A stretch of 64,000 nt of DNA from the human T2T-CHM13v2.0 reference genome, Homo sapiens (GCF_009914755.1 NC_060926.1), one strand, 5' to 3'; positions 15,648 to 32,360 are shown, counted from the stretch's first letter. Made by a program: numbers and translations. Notes: generated by a model not told the origin, from the sequence alone.

Positions 15648-18600
15648 CAGATTTCACCTATTTTAAGCAAACTTTAGTTCCTAAAGATATAATAGTTGAG
15701 AAGTTTAGAAATTTCTGGAGGATTAAACTTTGCAGCCCATTGAAATGACAGGTGAAGGTTAGCCTGTGAACTAAAACAGAAAATGAGAATGTTTTAAAGT
15801 TTATTTTGGAGTAGCGCGTGGCTCAGTCCCAGCTCAGAGGCAACTGTCTTTTGTGTGAAAACAGTAATATGTAAATCACTTACTTGCAAGAAGACTACAG
15901 TGAAGTTCAGAAGAAAATAATCCCAGTTCCTTTTTTGTTACATCACCTCTGCCTCTGTATTTGAAAGTGAGGTATAGCCTGTCCCCATTCTGCCAGAAAT
16001 GACTGATGTTTGTGAGGCTGAAATCCTGAGCCAGGAGAGGAGTGATTTCTTGATCTTTAACAGGAGCATTTAACAAAGTAACAAAATTTTTTCCTTAATT
16101 GACTAGTTCTCTTGAATTCAGACAAATCCTTATTATGTGTGGTCTTGTGACTTCTGTGACACTTTAGAAGCTTTCCTGGGTTCAGTATGGATTGGGGACT
16201 GCCTGCTACGCTGACCGGGCCACCTGGAACCCCTTTGCCTGGGGCCTGGCTCCCGGCTGTGATGACCCAGATCGCGGTTGTGTGAGGGCCTTTCCGAAGC
16301 ATGGGTGGGGGCTGTACTCTGCTGTGAGGTCGCGCAGGGACATCGTGCCCTGGGTTCCTGGATTTTCTAGTCCCTCTCTTCTGATTTTAAACTTCTCTTT
16401 GACTTTCTACTTTCTAGTGTTCTATTGTCAGCAGATCTCTTGCTTCCTAAGAGAGCCTAAAGGAAAAAATATAGAATCCTCCCCATTTTACTCAAAAGTC
16501 AGTTTCTTATATTCTTCTCGATCTTGATTTTTAACTTCCTTTGATCCCTGATCTTTTTCCCAAAAAAATCTTTTTTTGGAGTTTTGCCCAAAAAGCCTGT
16601 TTTTGAGAAAGTACCGAACATTGGCAAAGCAGCCTTAGTTACTTGGATTTTATCCTGACTTCATTATATGCATGAACTGGGAGGTGACATGTCATCAGTG
16701 TCAATAACAAATGCTGTAACTTGGGGGAGACAGAGCCAACCTACAAAAATTAAAAATCTGTAATAAACACCGTGACAGTCAGGAAGCGTGTCTTGTTCAC
16801 CAGTGCATCTGAGGACCCAGCACGGTCAGGCACAGAATGGGTACACGGCGTCTTCTTGAGTAAATAAAGGGATGAGGGAATGAATAGATAAGAGAACCCC
16901 CAGTCGGTAAGCTACTCTTTTGATAAAGAAGTAGCGTCAGAATGTTGGGTTTAAAGAAATAGAGAAGGAGCTCATACAAAAGGATAGAGTGGGGGGCGGT
17001 TACGGGGGAGGGGGCGCAAAGAGTGAGGAGATGAAACCACAAGAAGATTAGTCTGGAGAAAGATGGAACATTTCTTCCTCTGCAATGACAGAAAAGGAAA
17101 GGAAGGATTTGAAAGGAATGAAAATCGAATCCAGCACATTTTCAAACTGTGATTCTGAGAACCCTCGGGTTCCAGGGAGGGACCTTGGGGTGACTGGGCA
17201 TGGCCTGCGGAGGTGACTTGGTAGGGCCAGTGTCAGGCAGAGCATTTCAGCAGGGTCTACTTTATGTAGAAGTCTCTCTTGAGATGTCTTTTTTTGGGGG
17301 GGTGGGGGGAAAGGAGGATGAATTTTACTATTTAAAAATTTGAAAAACTAACATAGTCCAAAATGCCCGCTTTGTAGATTAGAACACTAAGATCTACAAA
17401 GGTGTAGAGGTTGGCCCCAAACAAATGTCCTTGCTCCTGTTACCAGTACCATCCCTACTGCCCCATGTCCCTTACACAGTCCGCACAGCCCAGCAAAAAG
17501 CACAGTTGCTGGTGTTGGTTTTGCTCATTGACTACCTCCCACCAAATGACTTAGTATTTCTGAACCGTCGGATCTACACACCGTGGGAATTACGCTTTTC
17601 AATACAGCTTCTAGGACTGGATTGTATCCAGGGGTAGGATTTCCCATGAGAAGACCTTATATCTGATGGGATTCAAACAAACAAGTTCTCACTTGTGTTT
17701 CTTAGTGTATTCATTGAGCAAACACATATTAAGCCTCTTCTCTTTCCAGCAATAACAATAAAGGTTGCTAAGCTAGTGCTCTTGCTCCGTGAAGTTCTGC
17801 CTTCTTAACCATTTATGGGATTTACTCAGATTTAGAAGTGCTATTCTATTATTTTTAATTTACTTATTGCTGACTTGAAGCTCATACACTATTTTTAAAA
17901 GAAGTATATATTCCAGATTCACAAATTTATTGTAACTCTTATGATTCTTCATCAGTGTCTTCAGACACAGACACAAATTCAGCTGCACTCCTAACCCATG
18001 GCAGTGAAGTTTCTCTTTTCTCTCCTCATGCCCTGAATCCACTTCCCATAGGGAAGCTGCTTGTACTACATCTTGAATACCAGTTCCCACAACCCTGCTT
18101 CTGTAACTGGCGGGAATCCCGAGAGCTCCAGCATGAATCCCTCAGGCCTCTTGCCCCAGAGCAAAGTTCCCAGCTGTTCCCTGACTTGCAGAGACTGAAG
18201 GACCCTTCCAGACTCAGAGAAGCCAAACCTTCCCCAGAGACGCTTCCCTCTCCTCCTTCCTCTGCACCACGCTCCCCAAGCTGTGGAACTGTCACTCACA
18301 TGGTCACGCAACATACACACACAGGTCTGTACTCATTAACTCGGAGTAAGCGCAAAAACCCAGGCAGAGACCCTCTCCTAAAATAGAAGCAGGAAATTAT
18401 CTTAGGTGTAGGTGTTTGCTGTCTGAATCCTCTGGTAGCCTGTGAACCACTGGAAACTATGCTCCCCAAATTGCCTTTCTTCCCCACGTTCTTTACCGTA
18501 TTTACAGAAGCGTGTCCTCAAAAAGGTAAACAAGCATCCCTTGCTTACCTTCACACATCACACCAAGTTTAAATGTGAGTCAATGTCAGTCGAATGCTTC

Positions 18601-19679
18601 TTTGAGTTTCTTTTACCAAAGTGATTCTGTAATTATTTCTATGATTAGAAAGCTTTGGAGAGGAGAGAGATGGAGATACTCTTTTTTAAAGGGGAAAAAA
18701 CAGCTAATTTGTAAGTATCTGTATCCTTTATAATTTGCTAATGCAGTTACGGATCTCCAGGGTGGCCATTTCCCTGGCCCATGCTCTGTTCCCAAGGGTG
18801 TGGGCGTGGCCCCTTGGTTTGGCCATGGGGAAGCTGCTGTGATGTATCCTCTTGAGGCAGGAACTGAACTGGCAGCATGACAGGGCTTTATAATAATGGG
18901 TTTAAAAATCACACACAAAGCCATGCATGTTAATTATAATTAATTTTTTCTACAGGCTATTTTTTACCCTCTTTGATCGTTCCTGTTATTAATAAATATA
19001 TACAATGGTTTGATGTGTTTCATACGTTGGAAATACTTGAGACCATCAGAAATTTTATTAACAGGCCTAACAAGGGAGCTTACGTAAGGTGAAAAATGTA
19101 TTTATGAAAGGATCTTTACCTTGCCCTGGTATTTTAATTCTAGTGTGTCCTAAAATAATTCGTGTTGTCTTTAAGGCAGCCAGGAAAGGGTTTTTGAATT
19201 ATTTCCCTAAGTTATGTCAGAGTTTCCTAAGATTGTAATTTACAGGGAAATGGATGTCACAGCCTGGGAGAAGGACGTGTTAATCACTTTAATGGTATCA
19301 TATGTAGAGGTAATAATTCCCTTTGAGTCTTAGATGGAGAAAAGTTATGTACATGCCATTAGTTACTTGAGTGATTTTTATTAGACTATTTTTCTCATCA
19401 TTTGGAAATTGTGTAATGCCTACGTTCAGTTTTTCAAATAGACCCTGTATCGTACTCCTAGCAAAAAAACGTAAAAGTAGTTTTTATCTAAAATCTTTAT
19501 CTCATATCAGACTAACTTCATTATTAGAATTTTACATGTCATGTACAGTAATTATGAGATTTTCATAAGATTTCTTTCACAAAGTTTAAAGTTTTATGTG
19601 GTATACTTTAGATTCTGATTTTAAAAATAGTTTCTTTGCTTCATATTTCTGACATCTATCATTGAAAATAGAGGAGGGG

Positions 19680-20074
<395 letters not shown>

Positions 20075-20458
20075 TCACAGTAGCCACAGTCACATCCCAC
20101 CTTGGAAGGATGTGCTGGTTCCTCCTGGCCGGTCGTCCCCTCTCCAGCATTTGTCCATTAAACAAGAGCCCTGGCTCTGCTAGTTCCACATCACCTCTTG
20201 GACAAGTCTGAAGATCAGAATGCTGAGGCTGTGCTCTGCCGAGGCTGGTAAAAATAAACCTCCAAACACGTGTGCTTGACATGTGTGGCCAAGGAAATGT
20301 CTACCGTGCCTCCAGTTGGAGGCTTGTACCAGGAGAAACACTAAAGAGGAGGGAAGCGGACAAGCCTATCACACTGGCAGCACCAGTTAGTAAGGGTAGG
20401 CAGCACACATTGTTGATTCGAACGTGAATTGTCTTGCAGAGCAATTTAACAATAGCTA

Positions 20459-20780
<322 letters not shown>

Positions 20781-21583
20781 AGTACATGCTTTGTATAACT
20801 TTTGACTCAACAATCCCACTTTCAATTATATACTTTAGAAAAACTTGTACATGTGTGTAAAAAGACATTCAAGAATGTTTGCTGCTGTATTACTTATGTT
20901 ACTTAGCCAAAAATTCTATTAAAAATCTTAATATTCAATATCCAAAAGAAGAGAATTATGTTATATGCAGTTGATCGGGCAGCACAGTGCGACCTGACCA
21001 AGCTCACTCTGTGCCGCCCTGGATATCCCACACGTGCACCTGTTCCCACACACGCTCCTTTCCTGCCCTGCGCGGCCCGCTGCGGCACAGAGCTATGTGC
21101 ACCGTGGCTCCTGAGCCCTGCCCGGCCAGGGGCAGTCTCCTGGCGGCTGTGATCCTCTTCCTGAGGCTGCCACAGCTGTCTTGCAGCCCAGTCCCCTCTG
21201 GTGCCATGCCCTGGGCACGTCACTGTCCCTTGCTCACAACTTTGCAAAAAGTTAAGACTCTCTTCAGAAACTCCTGTGACCATGCAGTAGCCATCATGTC
21301 CTGCCAGGCCCCCGACAAAGGATATGATAGCAAAGCCTGACCTCAGCGAGGAGAGACAGTTATGGTCTCAGTTCATCTCCTTTGGTGTGAACAAAAATAT
21401 TCCTGTGCCTAGAAATGTTTTTGAAATACAAAGTAAACTGGAACTATAGACAAATATTTTATATTCTCTTATCAGAAAAAATCACCATTTGGGAAAGTAT
21501 AAATTGTAAATGGTAAATAATGTGTTTTCTTCTCTTTTTTTCCTTTAATGTTTTTCTAAATGATTATACAAAGAAAATCATCT

Positions 21584-21966
<383 letters not shown>

Positions 21967-22867
21967 TTAGAGATGAAGGGGCTCTCTCAGTCACGTCTGC
22001 CCTGAATTGCAGTGGGGGCTCTCCCCAGCTGAGGTGTGAGGCTGGGTCTGGGCCTTGCCCCTTTGCTCCCCACTCCGTGTCCCCCAGCAGGTCTGCCAGC
22101 GCCGAGCCCTCTGCGCCTCCACCTGGGAGATGCAGGTGGAAAGGGCTGCCCAGACTCTCTCTGCCACGTGCTCTTTTGTGTTATCGTCTCAGGGAATTGG
22201 GTTGTTCTGACTCCTAGAAAATTGGCTCTCGGGTTGGTGTAAGTTTGTGTAGATATGACTGCATGTCATTTATAGACCAATCGATATTAACCAGTAAATT
22301 GCTCACTCTAATAGTGCACACTTAATCAATAGCAGCAATTATCCAAGTAAATCTTTCATATTCAGTCATCTGTGGAAAAATTATATTGGGAGAAACCGTA
22401 ACAAGAGCATAAACATTTCTGCTTTCTATTTTCAGTCAGGAAAGAAGCCACTTTTTAAAAGATTTACATTTCCCAAAGAAATGAATAATTAAGATGGTAG
22501 GCATTTGCTTTATTTTTAATAGTTGTGATCTAGTGTGAGACATAGAAAATAAGTCTTAGAATATGAAATCATGGCAAAAGCTGAAGGCTTTTTATATGAT
22601 ATGTTTTACTATTTTTAATCATTTATGGAGTACTTTATGTTTGCAAAGCCCTTGCAAATAATTTTATTACACATGTAAATGTTTGATTGGTGGCGAGTAT
22701 CTATACATAGTGGGTATAAAATGAGATGGAAGCCTTTACTGTAAAATATGTCTTACTTGTTTAAAAAATACGTAAGTATCCATAATCAGATCTTCCCGTT
22801 GATATGTTTTTGTGCCCACACAAATTCAAATTGCCTTTGAGGTCCATCAAATAGATAACAAATTGAG

Positions 22868-23182
<315 letters not shown>

Positions 23183-24396
23183 TCACTGGGCTTTGTGTGG
23201 CATCACAGAATTGAACATCAGGAGATTCCATATCTACTGTATCAAAATCCTTTTGTTTTTCAGAAAAACCCAAAACTTTGCTTATGCTTTAGCTGCTATA
23301 CTTAGTAGTAACTTACACCTTCCATACTTGTTGTGAAAATGCTGTATTATTTCAACCAGCCTGAATTTGGTTCCTGCATGTCAAGCACTGTTCTAGGTAC
23401 AGAGACTGAGGGCGTCACTGTGTGGAGAGAAGTGACATGCACACGGTTGATTTCTGACAGGCCAGGACATCAAAGCGCTGTCTGCATGAGTGCTGATCCA
23501 TCATTATTTTTTCATTCACAAAACTCTTTTTTCCTCCCTTCACAAATAGCAAGTTCCTGTATCTAAAAGAGAAAAGAAAAACTGAAAAAAAGATTGCTTA
23601 TATAACCACTGTCCTTTTACATTTTAGTGTATGTGTTATACGTATGTGTGTGCATATCTATACTATACATAGTGTGCATGTATGAAGATGGAGATACATG
23701 TTTGTGTATATATGCTTAGGCACAAAATTCATATGCTTCTATCAATTTGTGTCTTTTTATTATGTATTATATATTTAGCATTTCCCCATATAAAAGGGTC
23801 TTTAAAAACATTTTAATAGCCACATAATCTGAAGTTATTGTAAATAATCTTAAGATGAACTGTCTTATACAGAATTCTACATATGTGATTGTTTCTTTAG
23901 GATAAGTCTTAGGAGGAGAATTCTGAAGTCAAAGGCTGTTCATAAATACTCCCCATTGTCGTTCAGAAGGTCATTCCAGGTTATGTTTTCCACAGCACCT
24001 GAGTGCACTGGCTGTAGCATCTCCTTGCCTATCCTGACTTGTATCTTTTTTTAAAAAAATTCTAATTTTTTTAGGCTAACAATGACATTTGCTTTTTATT
24101 TGTTTTGCTAGTGAAGATCAACTCACTAGTAAATTATAATTTGCATTTCTTTGATTACTAGTGTGGTTAATTAAGCATTAGTTTATTCTTGTACTGTCTT
24201 CTTGTAGTGCTATGAATTTACTGTCTGTTCCACAATTTTTTTGCATGCCAAGTGCCACACTAAAGAAATGCTTTTAGAAATTAAAAAGCAATGCATTAGA
24301 TGCGGCCACTGCCCCAAGGAGCTAAAGGAGAAATAGGAATTAAGAATAGGAAGGTTTCACCATGAGCAGGAAAGGCACCATTAAGATCAGGTTTGA

Positions 24397-24695
24397 GGCT
24401 GGACATGGTGGCTCACACCTTTAATCCCAGCACTTTGGGAGGCCGAGGCAGGTGGATCACCTGAGGTCAGGAGTTTTAAGACCAGCCTGGCCAACATGGT
24501 GAAACCCCATATCCACTAAAAATACAAAAATTAGCCGGGTGTGGTGGTGGGCGCCTGTAATCCCAGTACTCAGGAGGCTGAGGCGGGCGAATTGCTTGAA
24601 CCCAGGTGGCTGAGGTTGCAGTGAGCCAAGATCGCGCCACCGCACTCCAGCCTGGGTGACAACAGCAAAACTCCGTCTCAAAAAACAAACAAAAA
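24397..24695 (+). mobile_element. AluS with TSD aagatcaggtttgag
   Basis: Full-length Alu with the TSD visible on both flanks. Confidence 0.92.
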
Positions 24696-26987
24696 GATCA
24701 GGTTTGAGGTTGGTTTGAGGGTGCTCATCTTGCAATGAGCAAGTGCAGGTGAGCTCTGACTGGAGCAGGGGCGTGTGAGGGCTCGGCGACACAGAGCGGC
24801 CAGCTACACCTTCATCTAGAACGGATTCATGTCATCTCCAACTCCAGGGTGGCCAGCTGAAGACTGGGCCATCATCTGTTCCGAATCATTGATATGATTG
24901 TGTTTCCTGTGACCTGTTCTGTTGTTTTAGACCTGGTCAGCACACTCACAACTTCAATGAAATTAGGAATACCTTTCACACAGAGCTAGGCACATAAGTT
25001 GATAAGTACAACCTGAAAAGGCCCAACTTAGCCGTGAGTGGACATAAATAGGAGTTGTATTACCACAAAAGTAAGGAAAATATGCCATGTACAGATATCT
25101 TGTTCATTTATTATACAAAATAAATGGTGGTCTTTGCTCCCAAAGACCCTTCCAGAAGAAAACAGTTGAATACTTTTAGTGCAGAAGGACAACTCCGGGT
25201 TACTGGTAGAACTTAAAAACTATTATTTACAGTTTCTCTTCTTAACTGTTTATAACTTTTGTTCATAAAAACTGGCAGTTTCCTTTGTCTAACCACTGCA
25301 TACCCTCTTTCTTTAGGACTCTGGTTTTTCTGTTGCTTTTTGTACTGCTTCCATTTGTGATAGTCAAAAAAGTTGACTCCTTGGACTCAAGGAAATATGG
25401 TCTTGGTTTCTTTTATCCTGGGACAGCTAGTCATAGTAGTGGCAAAGGATTATCTCATTATCTTCATTACTCATTGTCATCCCAGAGAACCTTGATGAAG
25501 AGCTTTTAGATAAAACATGAATAGAGTGTCATTCGGCCAGTTCCGTAGCACCAGCAGCTCTTGTTGAGTGGTGTTCGGTTAGTGAACAGTTTTATAGTTT
25601 CTGAAAAGGTGACACACGTTCAATATCAAATTAACAAATAATGTGTACGTGAGTGTGATTGAATATCATGCAGCCATTATAAATCATGTCCCAAGAACAT
25701 ATTTGAGGATATAAGAAAGTTTTGAGTAAATGATACAAGACACTGTATGTTTTTTTAAAAAAAGACGACAAGGATGCATCTGAGAATACTGTGCCATTGT
25801 CCACAGTTGACTTTCTTTTTTCACTTCATACTTACTGTTTGTACTATTCCACAGTGTGCACAGGGATGAGGTGGTAGATGGGGGTGTTAGCTAACTCTGT
25901 TGAAGCAGCTAACCTGCCTGACAGTACTGTAAGTGTTTAAAAGGTGTCAGTATGCGTAATCATCTCACCAGCACCCGCCACCTTAGCCTGCTGTTTCTGC
26001 TGTATCCTCTCAGTTAGCTTACGATAGTACCCATTTGCCCTGGCCAGAATCCAGGACTTTTACCTCCTAAATAATTCATATGAGTGTTTGTCTCCTCCAC
26101 CCTGCCCCTCCCCTCCTGTGCTAGTTCAGGCCTTGTTTCCTTGTGCCTTGTTCACTAAGCCAGCTCAGTATCCTTTTTATTCACGTAATACCCCCCAAAG
26201 AATTAGAAAACTAGGTACCCCTCACACATTTTTAAGCTATCTAAAATGTTTTATCATAAATTTAAATGGTTTCAAAGGATATAATTAATTTTTAGCACAT
26301 AGTATGTTGCATATGTGATTTAATTATATTTCCATCAGCAGTAGGACTGCAGATTCAGCTCATTCAGTTTGGGAAATGTGACCCACTTGGCAGCCAGTAC
26401 CCATCGTAACCAGTCACTCAAACCAGGCACGTGTGATCTCAGAAGAAATCTCACTTCGTCGTGTGATCCAGATAAGCATGGCAGTGGGGTCCTGGCAGCA
26501 GTCACTCCACTCTGGATTTAGTCCTTAGAATTCATTCTCTCCCTTCAAAGCCCCCCGGGTTCTTGTCCTCCCCCCTGCCGCCACCCTGGGGTCTGCCACT
26601 CTGGGGTCCAGCCTCTAGCTCCAGCTCCAGCTCAGCCTCACCCCCACCATCCCCCTGACCCCATCCCCCAGCTGTCCCCGCTGTGCAGTGCCTTGAACGT
26701 GCTCTGCCGTGTGTCGGCCCGTTTCCTGAATCCTCAGGCATCAGTGCCTCACAGAGCTGTGTGCCAGCAGTGTCCTCACAGAGCTGTCAAGCGTGTCCAT
26801 GCCGTGCCGCTTGTGCCTCTGCCCCGCGAGGGACACCATTCCCCGTCGTTGACGTGCATTCCTCTTGTTCATCGTGCGAGACTCCCCACCCCTGTGCCAC
26901 CGGTCTCGGTGTCTCCCACACTGGAGTGTCCGTATTTCATAAACACACGTATGTGTGCATGTATGTATTTCTTATGGACATCACGTA

Positions 26988-27203
26988 CGTTGGCCCTTCA
27001 TATCTACAGGTTCCGCATCCACAGATTCCACCACCCGCAGTTGGGAAACACAGTGAGGTATGCACAGCAACCTTTCAGCTGTGGTTGGTTGAATCCACGC
27101 GTGTGGAACCTGCAGATACGGAGGACCAACCAAGGACTTGAGCAGTCATGGATTTGGTATCCCAGGAGTCCTGGAACCGGTCCCCGGCAGATAGAGGGTC
27201 TGC
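26988..27203. mobile_element. TcMar-Tigger MITE remnant (MER2/Tigger2-like)
   Basis: ttggcccttcatatctacaggttccgcatccacagattc pairs as an inverted repeat with gaatccacgcgtgtggaacctgcagatacggaggaccaa. Confidence 0.6.
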
Positions 27204-27233
27204 TGCTTGTGTTTATGCATATGTGTGTATGTA

Positions 27234-28190
<957 letters not shown>

Positions 28191-28586
28191 TGTCTGTCTT
28201 GATGCACTGGTAGCCATTTGTTCTGTATGACTGTCCCTCATGCCAAATTCATCTTTGTACTCCTGTTGCCTGACTTAGGACATACCTCCTCTTAGGTGCT
28301 TAGTAGATGCTTCTTAAGTGAGGGAGTGACTGGGTGCTTCTGTTAATATCAGTATGAACAGAGAGCTAAGCCTGCCCCACCAGCCCAGCCTGCCTTAAGG
28401 GCTGTCTTGTAACAGCTTCGCCTCACAGGCATTCGCACCGTGACTTCCACAGGTAGGTTTCTTTATTCCTTCCCCGAAACATCAGGGGCATTCTGTGAGC
28501 TTTCCTGTGTGTCCGCAGGGGCAGTTCTGTCCTTGGAAGCTGAGAGCAGAAGCACTGCAGGGCCCCCAGGCCACTTCCTAGGCACA

Positions 28587-29055
28587 CCCCTACCCCTTCA
28601 CTGTGCCCTCCCCCTACCCCTTCACTGTGCCCTCCCCCTGCCCCTTCACTGCCCTCCCCCTGCCTCTTCACTGTGCCCTCCCCCTGCCCCTTCACTGTGC
28701 CCTCCCCTGCCCCTTCACTATGCCCTCCCCCTGCCCCTTCACTGTGCCCTCCCCTGCCCCTTCACTGTGCCCTCCCCCTGCCCCTTCACTGTGCCCTCCC
28801 CCTGCCCCATCACTGCGCTCCCCCTGCCCCTTCACTGTGCCCTCCCCCTGCCCCTTCACTGTGCCCTCCCCCTGCCCCATCACTGCCCTCCCCCTGCCCC
28901 TTCACTGTGCCCTCCCCCTGCCCCTTCACTGTGCCCTCCCCCTGCCCCTTCACTGCCCTCCCCCTGCCCCTTCACTGTGCCCTCCCCCTGCCCCTTCACT
29001 GTGCCCTCCCCCTGCCCCTTCACTGTGCCCTCCCCCTGCCCCTTCACTGTGCCCT
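28587..29055 (+). repeat. 24-bp C-rich minisatellite (CCCCTTCACTGTGCCCTCCCCCTG), about 19-20 units with 22/23-bp variants
   Basis: Directly visible; 8-aa periodicity (LPLPLHCA) in the ORFs. Confidence 0.97.
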
Positions 29056-29878
29056 GCTGGGCAGCCTTCCTGGGCTGCAGGGCAGATGCTCTGTGGTACC
29101 TGCTCCCGCTCCTCTCAGGAAGGCCTTCCTCTCCCTCTCTGGGTCACCTCTCCCTGGCACATGCTTCTCCCAAACCTGCATCTCCAGTGTCTTCTCTCCT
29201 CAGCTACAACCTGCCATCTGCAGGTTTACCAGGCACTTTTCACGTGACTGTTCCACCATCTTGTCATTTTTTATATCTTCTGTCATTTTGTAAAACCCAG
29301 CTCATCTGCCTGCTGCGTCTCCATGTCCGGCCTGCCCTGGGTGGGTAGAGACAGGTTCGCGCTGTCCCTCAGATTTCCACGTTAGTGTTTTATTGGTTAG
29401 TTTGTTTCTGGGTCTCTCTCACCCTCTAGGGAGCAGCCACGGCTCCCCCCACCGCCCCCGCTGCCTGCTGCTCTCCTCCTGCCGGGCCAGGTGATGCAGC
29501 GTCTGACCACGTGCAGTCTTTAGACTGCCCTAGTCGGTCTGTACGCTGCAGCTGGATTCGTTTTCCAAACATTTTATTTCAAAATACATTTCTCTGTTTA
29601 GAAGCACCCAGTTGCCCCTCTTGCCTGGAACTGAAATCTCACCATTGTGACCTGATGTTGGAAACTTGCCCTGGCTTCTGGGACCTGGCCCTCTTCGTCG
29701 GCCTTGTGTCCCCCCGAGCCTAGCACAGTGCCTGGTTCACAGCAGGCAGTCAGTAAATGGCCACTGAGTGAATGAATGAGGAAATGCAGATTCCGCCAAC
29801 ATTTACTCATCGAACTTCTTTGTTCTTCTTTCCACGAGAATTAAAACCTTAAGTTTCTCATTTTTAAAAATGGTCATT

Positions 29879-30320
29879 GGCCGGGCGTGATGGCTCACGC
29901 CTGTAATCTCAGCACTTTGGGAGGCCGAGGCAGGCAGATCACCGGAGGTCAGGAGCTCGAGACCAGCCTGGCCAACATGGCGAAACCCCATCTCTACTAA
30001 AAATACAAACTTTAGCCGGGCGTGGTGGCGGGCGCCTGTAGTCCCAGCTACTCAGGAGGTTGAGGCAAGAGAATCACTTGAACCCAGGAGGCGGAGATTG
30101 CAGCGAGTCGAGATCGTGCCACCGCACTCCAGCCTGGGCAATAGAGACTCTGTCTCAAAAAAAAAAAAAAAAAAAAACATTGTCATAGTGGCAGGCACAG
30201 TGGCTAATGCCTGTAATCCCATAATCCCAGCACTCTGGGAGGCTGAGGTGAGTAGATCACTTCAGCCCAGAAGTTCAAGACAAGCCTGGGCAACATGGGA
30301 AAACCATATCTCTACAAATA
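29879..30320 (+). mobile_element. AluS (29879-30178) followed by an Alu left monomer (about 30190-30320)
   Basis: Alu consensus sequence. Confidence 0.9.
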
Positions 30321-30599
30321 CTCGCCTGCTTCTGCCACTCTGCACCATCAATATAAATAATAACTAATTCACAATAATCAGTCATGAAAGAATAAAATGG
30401 AAAACATGCCAAATGCAGGCCCCTGCTTTGTTATCACTGCATGCCATACACATAAAGTTCTCTGTCACGTGACTACAGGAGCATCTCCATTCCTGTGCCT
30501 CGTCCTCAGGTATCAGACGCAAGCCACTCGCGGGCTGAAGTCAGCCCACAGTCCTCCTTGAAGTCAACAGAAATGAACTACTGAGCCACGAGGGGCCTA

Positions 30600-30780
30600 G
30601 ACCTGGGATCCGCCAGCGTTTTCTGTAAAAGACCATAGAATAAACATTGTAGACTTCCTGGCCATACAGTATCTGTCCAGCTCCTCAGCTCTGCTGTGAA
30701 TGCCCAGCTCTTCCATGGTAGCACAGAACCTTATCACCGTGCAGGTGCACACGAGGCTGGGCTCTGGGTTCCTGTGAGCT
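30600..30780. mobile_element. MER58-like hAT-Charlie remnant
   Basis: ttttctgtaaaagaccatagaataaacattgtagacttcctggccatacag...ctcctcagctctgctgtg. Confidence 0.55.
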
Positions 30781-31974
30781 CTGCCTACCAACTCAGGCAG
30801 TAGGGGGTGGGGGGCGTCCAAAGGATGTGCACAGATTGCCAGCACCAGGCCCAGCTGCTGGAACATCCTCATAGCTTTACTCACATCTACACGGACGCCT
30901 TAAGTTCACCCCATCAGTGCAGGGAGACAGGGGCCTTCAAATGTGATGACACGACACTGCTGTGGCCTGTGCTCTTGGAAGCCTGCAAAGGCCAGCACAC
31001 CCGACCCTCCTCTGCCTCACCTCCTGTGCCACCCCATCCTCACCTGCTTCCCCAGCCTCTCCTCATCCACACCTGCTCGGCCCCTCCTCCACCGCCTCCC
31101 TCCGGCCCGCTGGTCCTTACTGCATCCCCTCGGGCCCTGCACCCTGCCCTCTGCTCCCTGTGCCCCCCATGCCTGCTCTCGCCTTGTTTTGCACACATTC
31201 TGTCCTCTTCTAGGGTCTCCGCCCCCTCCCCTTCCCTGATTAACTCCTGCCTGTCCTCACTGTAGGTCATGTCCTGAGGGAAGAGGGCCCCAGCCTTTCT
31301 AGCAGGAAAGGCCAGAGCCTTAGGCCTAGGGAACCAGGAAGGGAGCAGTTATTAGTTGCCCCTGGATACAGAATCTGCCTAGATGCATATATAGAACTGG
31401 TTCAGACTTGGCACAATCTCTTTCCCTCTCACTCTTTCACATTTGCAATTCAAAGAGAATATACAGAGCCATTTGTATTATATAAAGTGATTATTGCATT
31501 GAATTTAGACTAGAGAAGGCATTTGGAGATCGTTTTAGTAAATTATCGTAACCAATCTAAAAATACTTCTGAACTGTCAACCAGAACACAGAAATCCTGT
31601 ATTACTTGCTGTAGTCTGGACAGTTTAGGGGAACGTGGCACCGATCTCATCTTCACCGTCGATCAGTGGTTCTCTGACTTGGTCCAGTGGCCGCACACCA
31701 GCTAGTGAAGAAAACCACAGACTCCAACTGCACTGTGTACGCTCTGGTGTCCTCATTTCCAAAAAAAAAAAAAAAAAATCTACAAGATAGAGTTTAAGAA
31801 ATCTCATTTGAGTTGCCCTGCTAATATTTGCAGCTCGCTGGTGGGTGCCGTGGAGGCCAGTACTCACCGTCAGGCTGTGGCAGGTACAGTGAAAGGAAAA
31901 ACTCCATGAGAGAACGGTGGAAAGTTCACCTGAGAGTGAAACGCATGCCAGTTAGAGTGGCTGAAAAATAGCAT

Positions 31975-32360
31975 GGACAACACCAAGTGCCACGGGACGT
32001 GCAGCCGTGGGACCCCTCACTGCTAGGGAAGGCAAGATGGCGCGGCCACTTAGGAAGACAGCTTGGCGGCCTCCTACAACACTAAACATACTCTTAGGTA
32101 CAACCCAGCAATCCAGTTACTGCATTACGCTCCTGGATATTTCACCCAGTTATGCCGAATGCTTATATCCACACAAGAATCTGCCCAAAGATGTTGATAC
32201 CAGCTTTATCCATAGTTGCCAAAAACTAGAGGCAACCAAGGGGTCCTTCGATAGGTCAGTGGGTAAACACACTGGTAATGTGGACAGTAGGATGTTCAGC
32301 ATTTAAAAAAAAAACAACTATCAACCCCTCAGAAGACCTGGAGGAAACTGAGATGCCTGC
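31975..32360 (+). mobile_element. Old L1M ORF2/3' fragment
   Basis: cactgctagggaaggcaagatggcgcggccact...tccacacaagaatctgc...aaaactagaggcaaccaag. Confidence 0.6.

Noticed and set aside
28440-29348. Long ORFs (302, 214, 206 aa) with Pro/Cys/His repeats
   Set aside because: Artefacts of the stop-free C-rich 24-bp VNTR; open in all three + frames with no exon structure.
31834-31883. Possible 50-nt sense cryptic exon (tttgcag|...CAG|GTACAG)
   Set aside because: Weak pyrimidine tract and donor; much less convincing than the overlapping antisense exon.
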